DNA from: Eledone cirrhosa
Taxonomy: Eukaryota
Direction: 5' to 3'
DNA: 64,000 bases
Assembly: GCA_964016885.1 (NCBI GenBank)
Contig: OZ024742.1
Span: 175,646,001-175,710,000 of the forward strand
The number at the start of each line of letters is the position of its first letter. The first letter of the stretch is position 1. This document shows, in pieces, positions 45,203 through 60,645 of the stretch. Under the pieces are notes generated by a model, which made no database searches, was not told the origin of the DNA, and was given only the letters and a program-made list of their open reading frames with translations. The position numbers and the translations under genes are program-made.

Positions 45203-47276
45203 ATAGAGTTGTCTTTTGCTAACCATGGATTACAGCATTTTCCATTAAAGCTTTTATTGTTTCATAACAGGAATTTCCTCCTCGTCTTCTGTGGAATATA
45301 TTTAACATTCACTGACATCTTCTAAATCATATGGGATATGATATTTGTTCCAATCTTTCTCTATTTCCTTTATATGGTCGTCTTCGTTAAAACTATGAAA
45401 GACTTTCACTCTGATACAAACAAAACCAATTTTGTTTCACAAGCACTTTAGGGTATGAATGTAATTTGAATGATAAGATCTTTAAATGAAGTGATCCATT
45501 TTGAGCTAGCTAAAATCTATTGAATAAATGATAAAAATAATGTTTAATAGTTATAGGAGGAAATGAAGGAAATAGATATAAAATATATTAGCTGTCATAA
45601 GGGTCATGCATGTTGCAACATTCAGTATGTAGCCCCATTTGCATGCATATATATGTAAATATAGGGAGCAGTATAGTACGCCTATGTGGGAATGAGTAAA
45701 GTTATTTGAAGTATTATACAATTTGTAAATGTTTATCACAGAGTTTCTTCACATCTCAAATGAAATATTAAGCCTAGATAAAAGTATACTATTGCTTATC
45801 TCAAAAGATTTATTCAAAAGGAAATACCACCGTCTATATACTTCGTTTTATTATGATGATATAGATGAAATAAAAGAAATTTTAGAAATAGATATCAGTT
45901 GTGTATCTATTATTACTGAATTATACATGTCACAAGTGAAGGCATATGGCTTATTGGTTAAGGTGTTTGGCTCATAATTGAAAGGTTATGATTGATTTCT
46001 GGTTGTGAATTGTGTTCTTCAGCAAGAGATTTATTTCCCATTGTACTAGTAATTCAAAGAGCCAGTTTGTAATACACTGTGTCACACAATATCCTTGTAC
46101 ATTTAAAATATGCTTGTTTGTGAAATGTTCAGCCCCTTGCATGTTAATTCATGATCTGATTGTTCAATTGAGTATACAACAAAAACAACATGGCACAGGC
46201 TCTTGTGCCATGTTTTTGTTGATTCGTTACGTAGATGGGAAATTGGCAGTTGTTAGAATACTGGAAAAAATGCCTTGTAGTATTTATTCTGGCTTTACAA
46301 AAACTAAGTTCAGGTCCTGTCAAGGTCAACTTTGCCTTCCATTTTTCAGGGTCAATAAATAATGTACTAATCCAGCTGGTTGGAATGAGGGAATTGCTGA
46401 CGCAATTGTACTGGCTCTTAACATTCTGAGTTCAAATCTGCTATGGCCTCATTGGGTGGCTGACTTAATCCATCACCAGGTTTAACACTGGCACTTGAGA
46501 CTTGAGTGACTGTAGCAACCCCTTCTTGACTAAACATCATCATCGCCATTTAACATCTATTTTCAAGGTTTTAATGGGTTAGACAGGTGGTAACATCTGA
46601 AGCCAAATTGGTCAGATGATCACAAAGTTCATATGTTCTGTTGCTGGCTTTATTTCTACAGCTAGATTCCCTTAACAATACAAACCACCAACCACTTTAC
46701 AGTATATACAGGGAGAATTTTAACATGGCAACAGCAATACTACCTGAGAGGGTGGTCTAGGTGTTTTTTATGTGTCACTGGCACTGACAAGGTCAACTGT
46801 GTGTTTTTTATTGTTGCATTAGCACTTATACTTTACAAAGTGGGATGAGTATATTGACACAAGCACTACCTCATTACAAAAGTAAAAAGAAAAAGTTTGT
46901 GCGGCTGTAGAGCCTATTTTAATTAGCAAATGCTACTTACTACAAAAAAATCCTGAAGATATTTGAATGGAAATATATATGAGAGACATTGGACAGATGT
47001 TTTGTTTATAAAGCAAAGTGTAGATCATTTAATTTTGTGAGTATGCATAGCCATCTGGTCAGGGTCTAGTATTCATTATTATCAAGTCATGGATTCAATT
47101 CTTGGATCAGGTGGTATGCTGTGTTCTTGATTAAGATGTCTCATTTCATGTTGCTTTTCATAAGACTAGCAAGCCTATCTACAAAACACCCAAATAAATG
47201 CCAATGAGATGTAGATGTGTAGGAGGCCAATAAAACCCACATAGGGTGAGCTGTAAATTTCATGTAATTGAGTATT

Positions 47277-47494
47277 TTAACAATTTTGATACCAAACCAT
47301 CTACAAACAAAATTGTTTGTTTTAAAATGGAAGCATTTCCACCATAATTTTCTAAAAGAACCTTAGTTAATTTATGCCACAATAAAAATAAATTAGCTAG
47401 ATTACTATATCCCTTTAATGTCTTGATTATTTCAGAATTATTTGAAAATCATAGTCAAAGTCTTTCATTAGAAATATAGTAACAAAAGGGTTAA
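47277..47494. mobile_element. TTAA-flanked MITE (piggyBac-like ends)
   Basis: TTAA-CAATTTTGATAC ... GTAACAAAAGGG-TTAA. Confidence 0.55.
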
Positions 47495-50078
47495 TTCATA
47501 TTTTTTCTCTAATACTTTATTAGATTTCACAGAAATGAAAATAGTCATGGTGTCTGGATGTGTGCATAATAATTGTGGTTTTTGTGAAAGTGGAAATTGC
47601 TATAATAAAATATGCGAGAAGGAGTTTGATAAATTTTGACAGCTTTTCTCCAAAAGTGGTAGCTATGGTTCTAGAAGTATCTAATTTCTTCACACTCACT
47701 GTCAACTTTCTGTTAACAGAGTAATATTTAATAAATAGGGAAACTAGGATCACACCTTTTCTTAATTTCCCTCACTGAGATACATTTATTTCCTGCTCAC
47801 ATTTATAGGAAATATGATTTCTTTTGAAATCTGTGAGGTTTTAAGATTCTTCAATTGCATTGCATTATTTTGATGAGATTAAAATAATGTAATTCTACTT
47901 TCTGTTTTTAGATATTGACATGGATTGCATACTTCTGCTCTTAAAACTGTAGTTTTTTTTTAGTTATAGTTGTCTAGTATGGCAATCTAATGAACCATTA
48001 GAACATTGGATTGAATACATTGTTCTATTCATTCCAGATTGCTGTACTTTGAGTTTAAATCTCATTGAGATCAATTTTGCCATTTCTCCTTTCAAAGTTG
48101 ATAAATAACGTACCAGTCCACTATTGGGTACAGGTTTTCTTTTATATTTCTAAAGCTGAAGCATAGTCATGTTTTTAATATAACATGTCTGAAAAAAAAG
48201 CTGTTTCCACATATCATCATCTCGTCGAGCTTGCTTAGACATGAGCCTAACAAGCCATCCATCATGATCAAGCATAAGTGTTCATTAGGGAAGCATCCTG
48301 TGTCTCTACATAGTTGGTCGAAGTTAAAGCCAGTTTGTCAACCTTCCTCTGATTGTGGCTAGGTGCCAATATATACAAATATATATATCATCAGCATCAT
48401 TTTACGTATGGTTTCCATGGTGGCCTGAGTTTAATGGTCATGACAGTCCAAAAATAAGTAGGTCAACATACCATGACTTCCTCATATATTCCTTAATTTA
48501 GTATGGCTTCTATGACTGGATGCCCTTCTTAATACCAATCACTTTACAGAGTGTACTGGGTACATTTTGTCATGCCACCAGTACTACTACATTATATTGT
48601 ACACTGGATACATTCTGTCATAGTTCCTTTTAGTACTTTACAATGTGCATTGGGTGGTTTATATGGCACCACTTTCACATTACAAAAATGTGCTGGATAC
48701 ATTTTATGATGGCATTTGTACTATGTATGCATATATAATGTGAAAACTATCAAAGACCAAAGTAATTCTAACAGAAATCTTAATATTTCTTCCTAAATTC
48801 ATTAAAAAAATTAATATACCCCCAAATAACTGTAATTGCATATATGTGTATCCATTCATGTTCGTGTGTGTCTGCTTATGTCCATAACCTAGGGGTTCGA
48901 AAAAAGCAATCGATAAAATAAGTACTAGATTTGACAATAGTTACTACTTAGGTCGATATAATTGAATAAATTCCCTTAAGGTAGTGCCGCAGCTTGGCCA
49001 CAACATAAGGATAAGAGTTTTGCTATAGCTCTTCTCAAGCATCACTGATTTGGATAAGTTAATAAGAACATATAAAGCACCTAAAACTGATCATCCAGTT
49101 TTTGTTTCTCTTGTATTTAAAATTGTTTGATTTTAGGGAATTGAACTTAATCATAAAGAAATGCACAATTTTTAAAAATCCAAACATTTAAGTAGTAGTA
49201 AGCAATTTTATATCATTGTTTAAAATAATATTATTGTTTTGTTTGTGCTTTTTCCCTTCAATATAACCTCCACATCCTTTCTGTTTCAAACTATTTCTTT
49301 AGCTTCCTCTAATATTGTCTAAAGTAACGTTGATTTCCTTTTGATTTAACATTTAGAAATGTTTCTTATTCCCCAACTTCCGCCTTCTGAGATTATTTTC
49401 TTCTCGTAATTTCGTGACTTTTTCTCTCTTATCTCCATTTTAGCATAAACTATTTCCACTTTACTTTAGTAAAATAACAATTCGATTTTTATACTTTTAA
49501 ATATTTTTATACGAGTTCACTTTTGTCATCTAAAATTTAGAATGCATTAAATTTGAAGAAAATCAAAAATTTTGTTTGTTTACAAAATAAAGGGACTACA
49601 AACAATGTTAAGCAACAGTAAAAATTATCCAACTATTTTGTTTTACATCATTGAATAACTACTTAAACATTCTGGTCTTCTTTTCCAATCTTCAATAAAA
49701 AGATGATATATTGAAAATGGCATTATTTTAAATGCTAAACATGAAGTCTAAATCTCACTCAAATTAATGATGACTGTAAGATATAGAAAGTTAAAACTTT
49801 ATAAAAGCGATACAAATATACATTTTTTGCAAATCTGTTTTGTTTCCTTTTAGAAACCATGTTAAATATCTGTTTCTAAGCATCTGTTTATAAGGACAAT
49901 AACATAGAATAAGAAATGACAAAAATCTGTGACAAACCATCCAAGCTATGCTGGAATAGAATGGATGTTAGAACAATGTCCAGTGAGAAAGAACAATAAA
50001 ACAAGTACCAGTGATGAATTGGTGTCGATTATCAATTATACCCTAACTGTATGGCCTCATATTTATGTTAGTAATAAT

Positions 50079-50250
50079 AATTGTTTCTACTATTGGCACA
50101 AGGCCAGAAATTACCCAGTACATTACTGGTACTTTATTTTATCGACCCCGTAAGGATGAAAGGCAAAGTTAACCTCAGCAGGATTTGAACTCAGAATGGC
50201 AAGGGTCGCATCAAAGCATGGCGTCCGACCCTCTACCGATACTGCCAATC
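50079..50250 (-). mobile_element. Young short SINE family copy
   Basis: Close reverse complement of 62552-62727 (GAGTTCAAATCC B-box, GCCTTTCATCCTTACGGGGTCGATAAAATAAAGTACC). Confidence 0.8.
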
Positions 50251-52329
50251 CACTATTAGAACTTAAGATCTGACTCCATGAAAACGTAGCATACATTATA
50301 AATTTCAACATCAATACCAAATTTAGAAATTGCATTTGGTTTTTCACTATTCATATATGGATTCAGTTAATGAACAATGATAATATATATATAGATAAAA
50401 GCTTGAGTCATAACCCAACATTATTTAAGACTGGATAAAAACTACCAATTACAAATGGAAAGCAAATACCAAAGTTTGGAATGAAGAATAGCAATTATCA
50501 ATGCTAATTAACAATCATAACACTAATTACATCAATGTTATTGGATCAGACATGAAGCGGGCAGTAGATCGGCAGAATCAATAGTGAAGTAGGTAAAATG
50601 CATTCAGTATTTATATGCATGTGGACACAATGTGGTCAAATGATTACGAAGTTTACTTTACAATCAATAGGTAATGAGTTCAATCCTGTTGCATAACATC
50701 TTGGGCTAATGACATTTTCCATTGCCTTATACTAACCTAAAGCTTATCTCGTATAACTTTAAATGAACCTTACAAAGCTTCCTTACTTTTTTAACACTTA
50801 AATCTATGGAAATTAGATGTGTAGTTTTCAAAAAGTTATGATGACGATTTCATTCCAAAATGGCATTGTTGCTGAATCGTTAAAGCGTTTGCTTACAATT
50901 CATTGAGTCATGAGTTTGATCCCACTGTATAGCATTTGGGAAAGTGCCATTTACCATATCCTTGTGTTGATCCATGCCTTGTGAGTGAATTTGGGTAGTC
51001 AGAAATTGTTTAAAAGCCATTTGGATTGACTCAACCTGTAATTCGATGACGAGCCTTGTCACACACCTTGTCATGCTGAATCTCCCAGTGAATTGGGTCA
51101 TGGTTATATGTGATTGTGGAATGGTTTACCTCTTACACATGAATTCATGAGCCAGCTGCTTCATTGGTTAAATAACAAGAACACTAATCACTGAGGTCCA
51201 CTCAACATTTAGTTGCTAACTTTTGTATCTTGAGTTTAAATATCAGCAAGGTTAATAAAATAAGAAAGAGTGAAGGACTGGGTTTGATCTAACTAATCAT
51301 CACCTCCAATTTTAAGTCTTTTGCATATGTTAGACATTTTTATTATTAACTCTCTCTTTACCATATTTGTACTAAAATACACTGCCTTTCTGTTTTAAAT
51401 TCTTTTGAAAATAATAAAATATCTATAAAGATTTAGTAATATGATTAAATTTATTATTATTAAGCAAGTATTTGGAACATAATTTAACTAATGTTCTCAC
51501 ATCAACTAAGATGGAAGATTTCTGGATACCTATAAACACATTAAATTAAACAGTTTTGTTCTGAAGAACAAGAGGCAGTTTCAGGCAGTGTGCACTGAAT
51601 GTATTTTATCTTGGCAACAATATTACCACTTTACATGATGAACTGGTGTATTTTATCATAGCAATAGCAATACCACTTGAAGGGGTATACTGAGTGCATT
51701 TTATCAAGACAATAGCAATATCACTTTACAGGGTGTATTGGGTATATTTTATTAGGACAACAGTGGTATCACTTTACAGTGTACCCTATTTAATATTTCT
51801 AGACTCTTAATTAGGTTAGACACATCAATAATTCTGCTGATGTTTAGAAACCTGAAAACCTTAGATCCATCTATGGTTAAATAAACCTGATTTAATTTAC
51901 ATGTTTTTTTTTATCTAGATTGTGTTTTCTTGAACCTTTGTTAGATTTCTTTGGACCACCTTAGTCCTTTTTTCAATATGTAGTTTTAGCTATATTTCAT
52001 CAACTACCCATCAAATTTTACTTTATAAAACCAAGGACAGTTTCATGCAGTTTGGTATATAAAGGGATATAGCATACTCTAGATCTTTTAGGTCAAATTT
52101 CTGCAAGATCAACTTTGCTTTTTGTGTGTTCATCGTTAGCAAAAAAAAAAAAAATAAATACTGGCATACAGCAGTGGATTGGCAGAAATATTTGAGAGTT
52201 GGCCAAGATGGTGGTCAACATTTGTTCTGGTTCTTTGTATTCTAAGATAGAATCCTGCTGTAGCCTATGTGAGTGGTAGACATAATCCATTGCCTGATCT
52301 AGCACAATCTCCTGGCCTCTGGGTGTCTT

Positions 52330-52665
52330 TATAGAGTGTGCTGAATGCATTTTATCATGGTCCCAGCAGTTATTTTACATCTTACTGAGTGTACCGAGTT
52401 CATTTAATCATTGCAATTGCACTACCACTTTACAGAGTCTAATAAATGTATTTTATCATTGCAACAGTGCTACCACATTACAGAGTGTACTGAATGCTTT
52501 TTATTGCCTTCACTTTACAGAAGGGACTAAGTGCATTTTACAGTGGTAACAGCACTACCACATTATAGAGTGTACTGCATGTATTTTATCATGGCAACAG
52601 CACTAACATTTTATAGGGTGTAGTATGTGCATTTTATGATGGAAACAACACTACCACCTTATAGT
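52330..52665 (-). repeat. Minisatellite array of about 48 bp derived from a SINE-internal unit
   Basis: About 7 diverged units of GAGTGTACTGAATGCATTTTATCATGGCAACAGCACTACCACTTTACA. Similar array at 51590-51785. Confidence 0.78.
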
Positions 52666-55600
52666 AATTCTTATTTAGACTGTAATCATTCTTGAAGGAA
52701 TTTAGTCAATTATATTAACCCCCAATACGTATTTTCTCAAGTCTGGCATTACTTTTATCGATTTTTTGTCAAACCACGAAGTTACAGAACAATAAATACT
52801 ACTGTCATGCACACATGCAGAAATATATAAATTTATATGATGGACTTCTGCAGTCACTGCCTACCAGATTTCATACACAAGACATTCCATAAACTGAAGC
52901 TATAGCAGAAAATAGTTTCCCAAGGAAACATGCTGTCGTACTGAGCCTAAACCCAAGGAGATACAAATTGAACTCCTTAACCACACAGCTATACCTGTGT
53001 GTATTGCAAACAATACTAATTTCTATTATGACAAGAGCATTTATAAATAAATTGCTAGACTGGAGAAAAATGGACATCTGATTTTGACAGAAAAATCACA
53101 ATAGCCAACTACTTGATTAAAAATGCTGGGAAATGCTTCTGAGATTTCACGGTGTCTGGTATCAAATTTAAGAAATGTAGCAAGTTCTGAGGAAATACTA
53201 CTAATTCTTCGCATCCATAAATTTACACTTCCATATTAAAGAATAGCACCTCATCATCAAAATCATTTTACATCCATTTTCCATGTTGGCATGGGTTGGG
53301 CCGATTGCCACAGTTTAAGACTAGATACTTTGAATAAACAGATTGCTCATACTTTCCATAATGTTTGCATGGCTTCTATAGTTGGATGCCCTTCTTAACA
53401 ACCGCTTTACAGTATGTCATGGGTGGATTTTATCATGGCACTAACACTACCACCTTACAGTATGTACTTGATACTGTTTATGGCACTAGCGTTACCACTT
53501 TCCTGTGTTGTGTGTGCAGCATATTAAACTAGCACTACCATATAACAGTGAGTACTGACAGATTGATGAGTACTCTCTAGTGTCTATTGTCTCTACTCAG
53601 TCAACTACATAACAATATAGAACACTTGTATAAAAACATCTCCAAACCTGCATATGAAAAACTTATGTTTCAGACATCATAACCATTGAAAACTATAACT
53701 CAACAAAATTATAGATATTCAAGATCAGTAGTTCCCACATATTTTAGACCATTTTATAAAAATCCTGTACAAAAAATTACAATGGAGGTTTAGAAAAATA
53801 TCAAAAATTTTACCATTTCGTATGTTTTTAATGAAAGACACTGCCTATTATTTTCAAATATTTTTGAACTGGAGGAATTTTGTAATATAACTTTTTCATT
53901 GTTAAGCTGGTGCTTGAAACAAAGGTTCTTACATAAAATTACAATGGAAGGAATTTAGATAAATATAAACAAGTCAACCCTTTTATTAAACCTTTTTATT
54001 TGCAGCTTTAACATAACACTTCCTATTGGTTTCAAATCATCTTGAAAACAATTGAGAATTTGGAGGAGCTTAGAAATATTACTATCCTTTTCATTACTAA
54101 GCTGGTGTTTGGAACATAATATAAATTTCTCATAAAATATTATAATGGAAGTTTAGATAAATATAAACATCATTATCAAAATCATCACCATTTAATATCC
54201 ATTTTCCATGCTTGCCTGGGATAGACAAGTTGTCATGTTATGAGGTTAACCAGGTCTGGTGACCAGGTTTTGCTCATATAGTGTTTTGTGGGCTTGGCTT
54301 TCTACAGCTGGATGTTCTTCCTAATTCCAACCACAGTACAGCCTGCAATGGAAGCTTTCCTTATGGCACTAAAGGTTGAATGATGCTTTTCTGTCATGGT
54401 AGCAAACATTAACATCTATTAACATGGATTGGGTGCCTTTTGTCATGGCACATGTATGACAATCTTACAGAGTGAAATGGCCGCATTTTTGTTGTGCCAC
54501 CAGCACGGCCACCTTACAGAGTGGGTTGGATGCTTTTTACTGTTGTGGCACCAGCTCTACCACTATACAGGGTGGACTGGGTCTTTTTGTATACTAGAGG
54601 CAGCAGCACTTTCAGGTTTTAGAGAGTCTACCATTCTACTGCAATTATTCCTAGAGAGAGCAAGTGAAAGAGAGAGAAAGAGAGAGAAACAGGCAAGAAG
54701 ATAAAGATATTTATGCTTAGAGAAGAATGTATATACAACGACCGGTGATTATTAATTTTTTCAGTCAATTTGAATGCCTCCCTTTACCAGTCACATTGCG
54801 GTGTCACAAGAAATGTTTTTTTTTCGAATAATTTAACATTAAACTTTTATTTTTATCAATCCATAAACAACATTTATGAAAGCTATATACATTTTCTTTT
54901 ATTCTTTTATGGGTTTCAATCATTAGACAGCAGCCATACTGGAGCACTGTCTTAAAGGTTTGTAATTGATAATATTAATTTCGTTTAGTCCAACCACTAA
55001 GTTAATGGATAAAACAAACAGTAAAGGCACACCAACACCTATGTGAATGACTGGCTTCTACACAGTTTCTGTCAACCAAATTTCACTCACAAATGATTGG
55101 TCAAACTCAAGATATAGTAGAAGACACTAGCCTAAGGTACCATACAGTGGGATTGAACCAGAAATCATATGGTTCCAAAGTGAATTACCTAACCATACAG
55201 TCATTATATATTGAATACATTTAATTTTTCACTATTTTATTCTTAAATTGTGATAGTTTTTTAAATAATATTTGGCTCATTATTTAAATAAAACAATATT
55301 TCCGGCAAACTACAAGATTTTCCTCAATTCTGGCTATATTTTGGTTGCTGTAAATTATAATAGAAACACAAATAGCAAATAGAATTATTTCAGGACTTAT
55401 TTACTGGAACAAAGTCAAATAACAATTGTTAATCTTTTATACAACAAGAGAAAAATAATAAATAAACACATTTTCATGACTCTTTTCTCTTTTCATCTCA
55501 TCAAATATTAGAGATCAAAAAATACCTCTGTTGTTTCCACATCCAATACAATTCACATAATGGGAAGGATTAATAAGAAATATAATTGTTTCTTAATACT

Positions 55601-58600
55601 ATATTTGTATTTTAACAGTTAGGATTGTTTTCTTTCTTATTACTTCCTACTGTCCACAACAGTTGTTGCTTATTAATATTTGTAATAAATAATAATAATA
55701 ATGACAATAATAATAATAATAACTATATGCTATAAACTTATATATGTTCTTTTGAGACTATAACAGAACAGTTTACCAATTTTTGTTATTTTTACAGCCA
55801 ACCAACTCTCATCTTTTGTTAGTTGTCGTAACATATTATTCTGTCTTATAAAGAGCTGTCATCTACAGTAGAAACAAAATTATTCTTTTTTTCAAATAAA
55901 TATTCAGCAACAGCAGCATCAGACCAATGGAAATATTTTATCAGACTGGTAAGAACAAAAGCAAAACAAAATAATAAAAAACAATGAATAGAAAATTTTA
56001 TAAAAATAAATTAAAAACAAAAGAATTCCGGAAACGTTTTAAATATATCTGAAAATTTGATTTCTTCACTTTTAGATAGCAACAGAAAAATGGCATACCA
56101 AAATAAAAAATAAAAATAAAAAATTTAAATTAAAATTAAAAATAAAATATTAAAAAAATGTAATGAACATAAGAACAAAAGAGATAAACTAAAAAAGAAT
56201 AAAAAAAGAAACAAAAAATGAGATGTAAAAAAAAAGATTTGAGCAGATTAAGGTAGAAAGAGGGGGAGATAATAATCATCTTCCCAAAGAAACTAAAAAA
56301 AGCACTCTCCATTAAGTGAAACAAGAATTTACTTAATCTTCGATGGAACATTTTGCGCAGGTTGTGCAAGAGAAGACAAGAAGAAAGTACCAAAAAATTT
56401 GAGAAAACAAACTAGACTTACAAAAGAACCAAGGTAATTCTATTATCATTTGACAATGTTCTTTGTTTTATTGTCTTTTGTTTCTTCCTTTTGTAGTTTT
56501 ATTTTTAGCTCGCTATCATCAGAAAACACTTTAAGAAAGTGTTAAAGACAAACGGTAAAAAAAAGTCACTCACTGAATAGCTCTGATTTCACAATTCTAA
56601 TGTCACTCCAGTGAAAACCATTATACTTTTGGTGCAATGACTATTCTACAGAGGAATATTAATAGAGACGTCGACTATTCTTCTTCTAATGCATGCTATT
56701 TATTGGATTTGAATGGAATCAGAGAAATAATACTATCTGCTTCATATCTGTGAAATGTCAATATACATTATTGCATGAGGATGTACATAACTAAATGTAC
56801 ATGTAAAAGATTCTAGCTGCAGAAAAATTTACATCATCAATAAAACAATTGTGTACCCATGTATATATATGTGTGCATATGTATCTCTCTCTCTCTCTAT
56901 GTATATATATATATATATATACATGTATATATAGTTGCACACATTGTTGATGGAGAAATTGTGTCTCTCTCCCCCTATATATATAAGAGTTAGAATGAAT
57001 ATCCAACTGTAAACCATAGTTGTTCCATCAATAACAAGAGTGTATGTGAGTGAATATATATGTGTATATATATATATACACATGCACTCATATTATTGAT
57101 GGATTAATTACATCTTACAACTGGATACTCTTTCCAACAGTTAATTATACAATGCAAAATAAGCGTACAAGTCTGTCTATCCATCTGTCAGTCAGATTGT
57201 TTGCTCTTTACCTAGCATTACCTTGTCCAATGCACCCACCCTTGCCCAATATGACAAAGCTTTAACTGAGGAAGATTTTGGCTTCTATTTCTAGTAAGTG
57301 AATTGATTACATAGAGGCTTCTTCCGCTATAGTAGAAAAATGTGTATAGTAACTAGACACTAGAAATGGAAATTACATCGACCCAACAGGAACTAAATTA
57401 ATGGATTGAGTTAGAGTTCATAAACTGAAAATTATGAACCCAACTATAAGAAATATACTATGTGGTGAACCTCTTGACAAATGTCTAAGTGGCAGATTCA
57501 AAATACTCCCATTTTCAAAGTATGAAAAGTTAAACAAAGCAATAGAATATTTTATGAAAATGAAACTGAACTGAACATAAATGTTAAATACAGTCACCAT
57601 GGAACTATAACTTATATAACAGAATTTTCTTCACCAAGCGGTTTTATGACAGTTTAAGTCACTTTTCCCTCTGATAAGTAAAGGGCATTTAACTATTGGA
57701 ATGACATGCTGACAGATTTTTTTGGCATTTCAACCCAGGCAAAATCCATTTCCATTCAGCTTAGAACATAGCTGATTTCTCATAGTAAAAGTAAGAGAGA
57801 ATATGATAAGGAGAGATAGAGGAAGACTACAGTAATAGACTGGTAATTTAAATACCTTGACAGAAAGAATGGCAAAGTTGACCTCAGCAGGATTTGAACT
57901 GAGAGCATAGGGTGCTGGAACAAACAATAGGGCATTTTTAATTTTATGCTCTAATGACACTGCCAATCAGCCTCCTTGTATACATGGAGTGAGAGGGTGT
58001 GTGGGGCAGAGTTCGATGGAGAGATGGGGAAAGAGAATACATATTTTGGTGAGCAGATAATGTACAATAGTTCAGATAGTAGTTCCTTTAGAATACTTTG
58101 AAGAACAGATACTTTGGAAGACTTGTCTACTGATAAATATGGAAGCAATATAATGGACGTCCATCAGTTTCAATGATGCATGCACTAGTGGTTCAATCAA
58201 TGAAACAAAGTGCTCAGAAAATTAAGATGAAAGTAGTTAAACCTTCCGCAGACAATGTACTATTAATGTTGTTTTCAAGGACATTCAGCATGACAAAGGA
58301 TGTGACAATTCTAGCCATTTGAAGTAAAGCTACAACTCACTTTTGTAAGCTGAGAAGACTGCAGTAATGTGAAATAAAGCGTCTTACTCACTGTCACAAT
58401 ATACTACCAGAATTCAAAATCATGATCATGAGTTGAAACCCTAACAACTAGGCCATTTGCTTTCACTGATTAAAATAATCAGAAATAAATACAATATGAA
58501 TACCACAACTAAGTTTCAACTTAAGATATGCATTTTATAGTTGATCCACCAATTATATAAATGATGACTGCTGTAGGACATCTGTACATTACTTCTAATG

Positions 58601-59879
58601 TGAAGCACTCACAGTGCTATTTTGTAATTTTCAAGAATGTCTTGCTAATGCAACTTCTTGCCAATTCAAATAATTTCCGTTTAATGTCAATTTTTCCACA
58701 CTTGCATGGGTTGTCCACTCTAGGCAGCAAGTCTGGCCAGGGGTGGCCATGTGTCGCCCCTTGCGCTGGGTATTTTACAGCTGGATGCCCTTCCTAACAC
58801 CAACCATGTTTACAGTGTGGAACCAAATGTTTCTATTATGTTTACTAGTTGACAGACCAATGTAAAATAAGTAGTATTAGGCTAAATGCAGCAATCTGTA
58901 ATGTAATGCAATCACAGTGCTGTTCTATATTTTTCAAGAAATTCTTGCAAAGACAGTTTCATGTGGTACAGGCTATTAAAAGATAAGATGCAAATCAAAA
59001 TAAATTTTGAAGCACATATCGGTTTATGTAGCATAACCTAACCCTCAGAGAGTTTAACAGTAAATATAAACATACAGAATTCTCAATGAATCTCCATTCC
59101 TCCAGTAAACAAGGATTCCTAATGAAAACAAAATAATAGCAAAAGTCTTATTGTTCTCTGAGGAAAGAAAACACATAAAACCAATAGAGCCATTCAAAGT
59201 TAGACACTACTACTGCTGTCTGTCATTCTAATATCTTTTAGACAATAATTTCTGTCATGTAATTTATTCCAAACACTAATTCTAAACAAGCAGTATCAAT
59301 CATAGAAGAAACATTGGGATAATTGTTGTTTCATTAGCCTGTCAAAATTCTATGGTTGTCTTCTTTGATATCTTTCTAATTTCTAATTAAAATGCAGTAG
59401 GTTTATTTCTCCTGGTGTCAGAACACTGAAAGTTAGCATAAACAAAAACACTGTAAATAATGTCTATAAATCTATTTCTTATTAAACTCTGTAACTTCAA
59501 TTAACTTATATTTCCATGGAAAAGCAGACATATCATCATCATCCCCATTTAACTTCTGCTTATCCTGCTAGCAAGGGTAGGATGGGTCATCACAGACCAA
59601 TTCAGTATGAAGTGGGACTACTAACCCCACAAACTAGCCAGAGGTCTGCATCTCACATAAGTTTTACTAAGTGCATTTTTTCATGGAACCAGCTCCAGAG
59701 AAGATGTCATGTTTTTCATACAACTGAAATGTCTACCAATCCTTTGTTTGCCCTGAATGCCCTTCATATTACCAATGACTTTACACAGTTGCTGCAACAT
59801 ATATACATATATATATGTGTAGCAGCAACTGTGATGTACCAGCTATTGCTTAGTGTGTGTGACACATCAAACCTATGCT

Positions 59880-60645
59880 TTTTCTTCTTCTTCGCCCACT
59901 TATTCCTGAGAAGATCATATGGGCAGAGTCCTCAAACACTCATTTCTGTCAGAAGTAGCCATCCCCAACTGATCTGGCTGGATCCTCAAGTGAGACTAGC
60001 CAATCTCATGGATGTTATACAACCATCTTGCTCAGGGTCTTCTGGGTCTCCTATTGGTTTTGCCTGTAAAAGCTGTCCAGTGATTCTTTCCTGAAACATT
60101 CTAACCACGTGCCCATAATATCAGAGCTGTTATCTCTCAATTTGGAGAAGTAGAGGCTCTACCAGGAGAGACTCTCAGATCTCCGAGCTGTGCACTCTAT
60201 CAAGTAACGTTACTCCAAGGAGCCTTTAGAAAAACTCCATTTCGGCCACTTGTATTCGTAATAATTTCTTTTGGTCATTACCCAAGATTCATGATCACAG
60301 GTAAAGGTTGGTACAAATACAGAATTGAAGATAGCAAGCTTGGCTTTTACACCTACCTCCCTTATTCTGATTACTGAATGATGAAGCTGGTGCATTACTG
60401 CACCGGCTTCTACAATACTTGCACTCCTACCTTCCATCACTCATGAACATGGCCCCGATATACTTGAACTTCTCCACCTGCTTCAGTGGAAATTCATACA
60501 CATGTAGAGTGAACTGCTGAGGCTTCCTAGATAGCATGATTGTCTCAGTTTTCCCAGCAATGATTTTCATTCCAGCCATGCAGCACTCAGCATCAAACAT
60601 ATCAAGTGTACATTGGAGATTACCTTCTGTCGAGTTAAGTAACAC
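59880..60645 (-). mobile_element. 5'-truncated RTE-clade LINE (second family) with a (GAA)n tail
   Basis: ECCMAGMKI...KTE, LKQVEKFKYIG and AKLAIFNSVFVPTFTCDHESWVMT motifs. TTCTTCTTCTTC at about 59882 is the minus-strand tail. Confidence 0.85.

Noticed and set aside
45729-47753. Short ORFs 45729-45977 (+) and 47520-47753 (-)
   Set aside because: No recognisable domain, non-ATG or weak starts, and lengths compatible with chance.
52330-52665. Regularly spaced repeats resembling a CRISPR array
   Set aside because: Contiguous diverged tandem units without unique spacers, in eukaryotic DNA with no cas genes.
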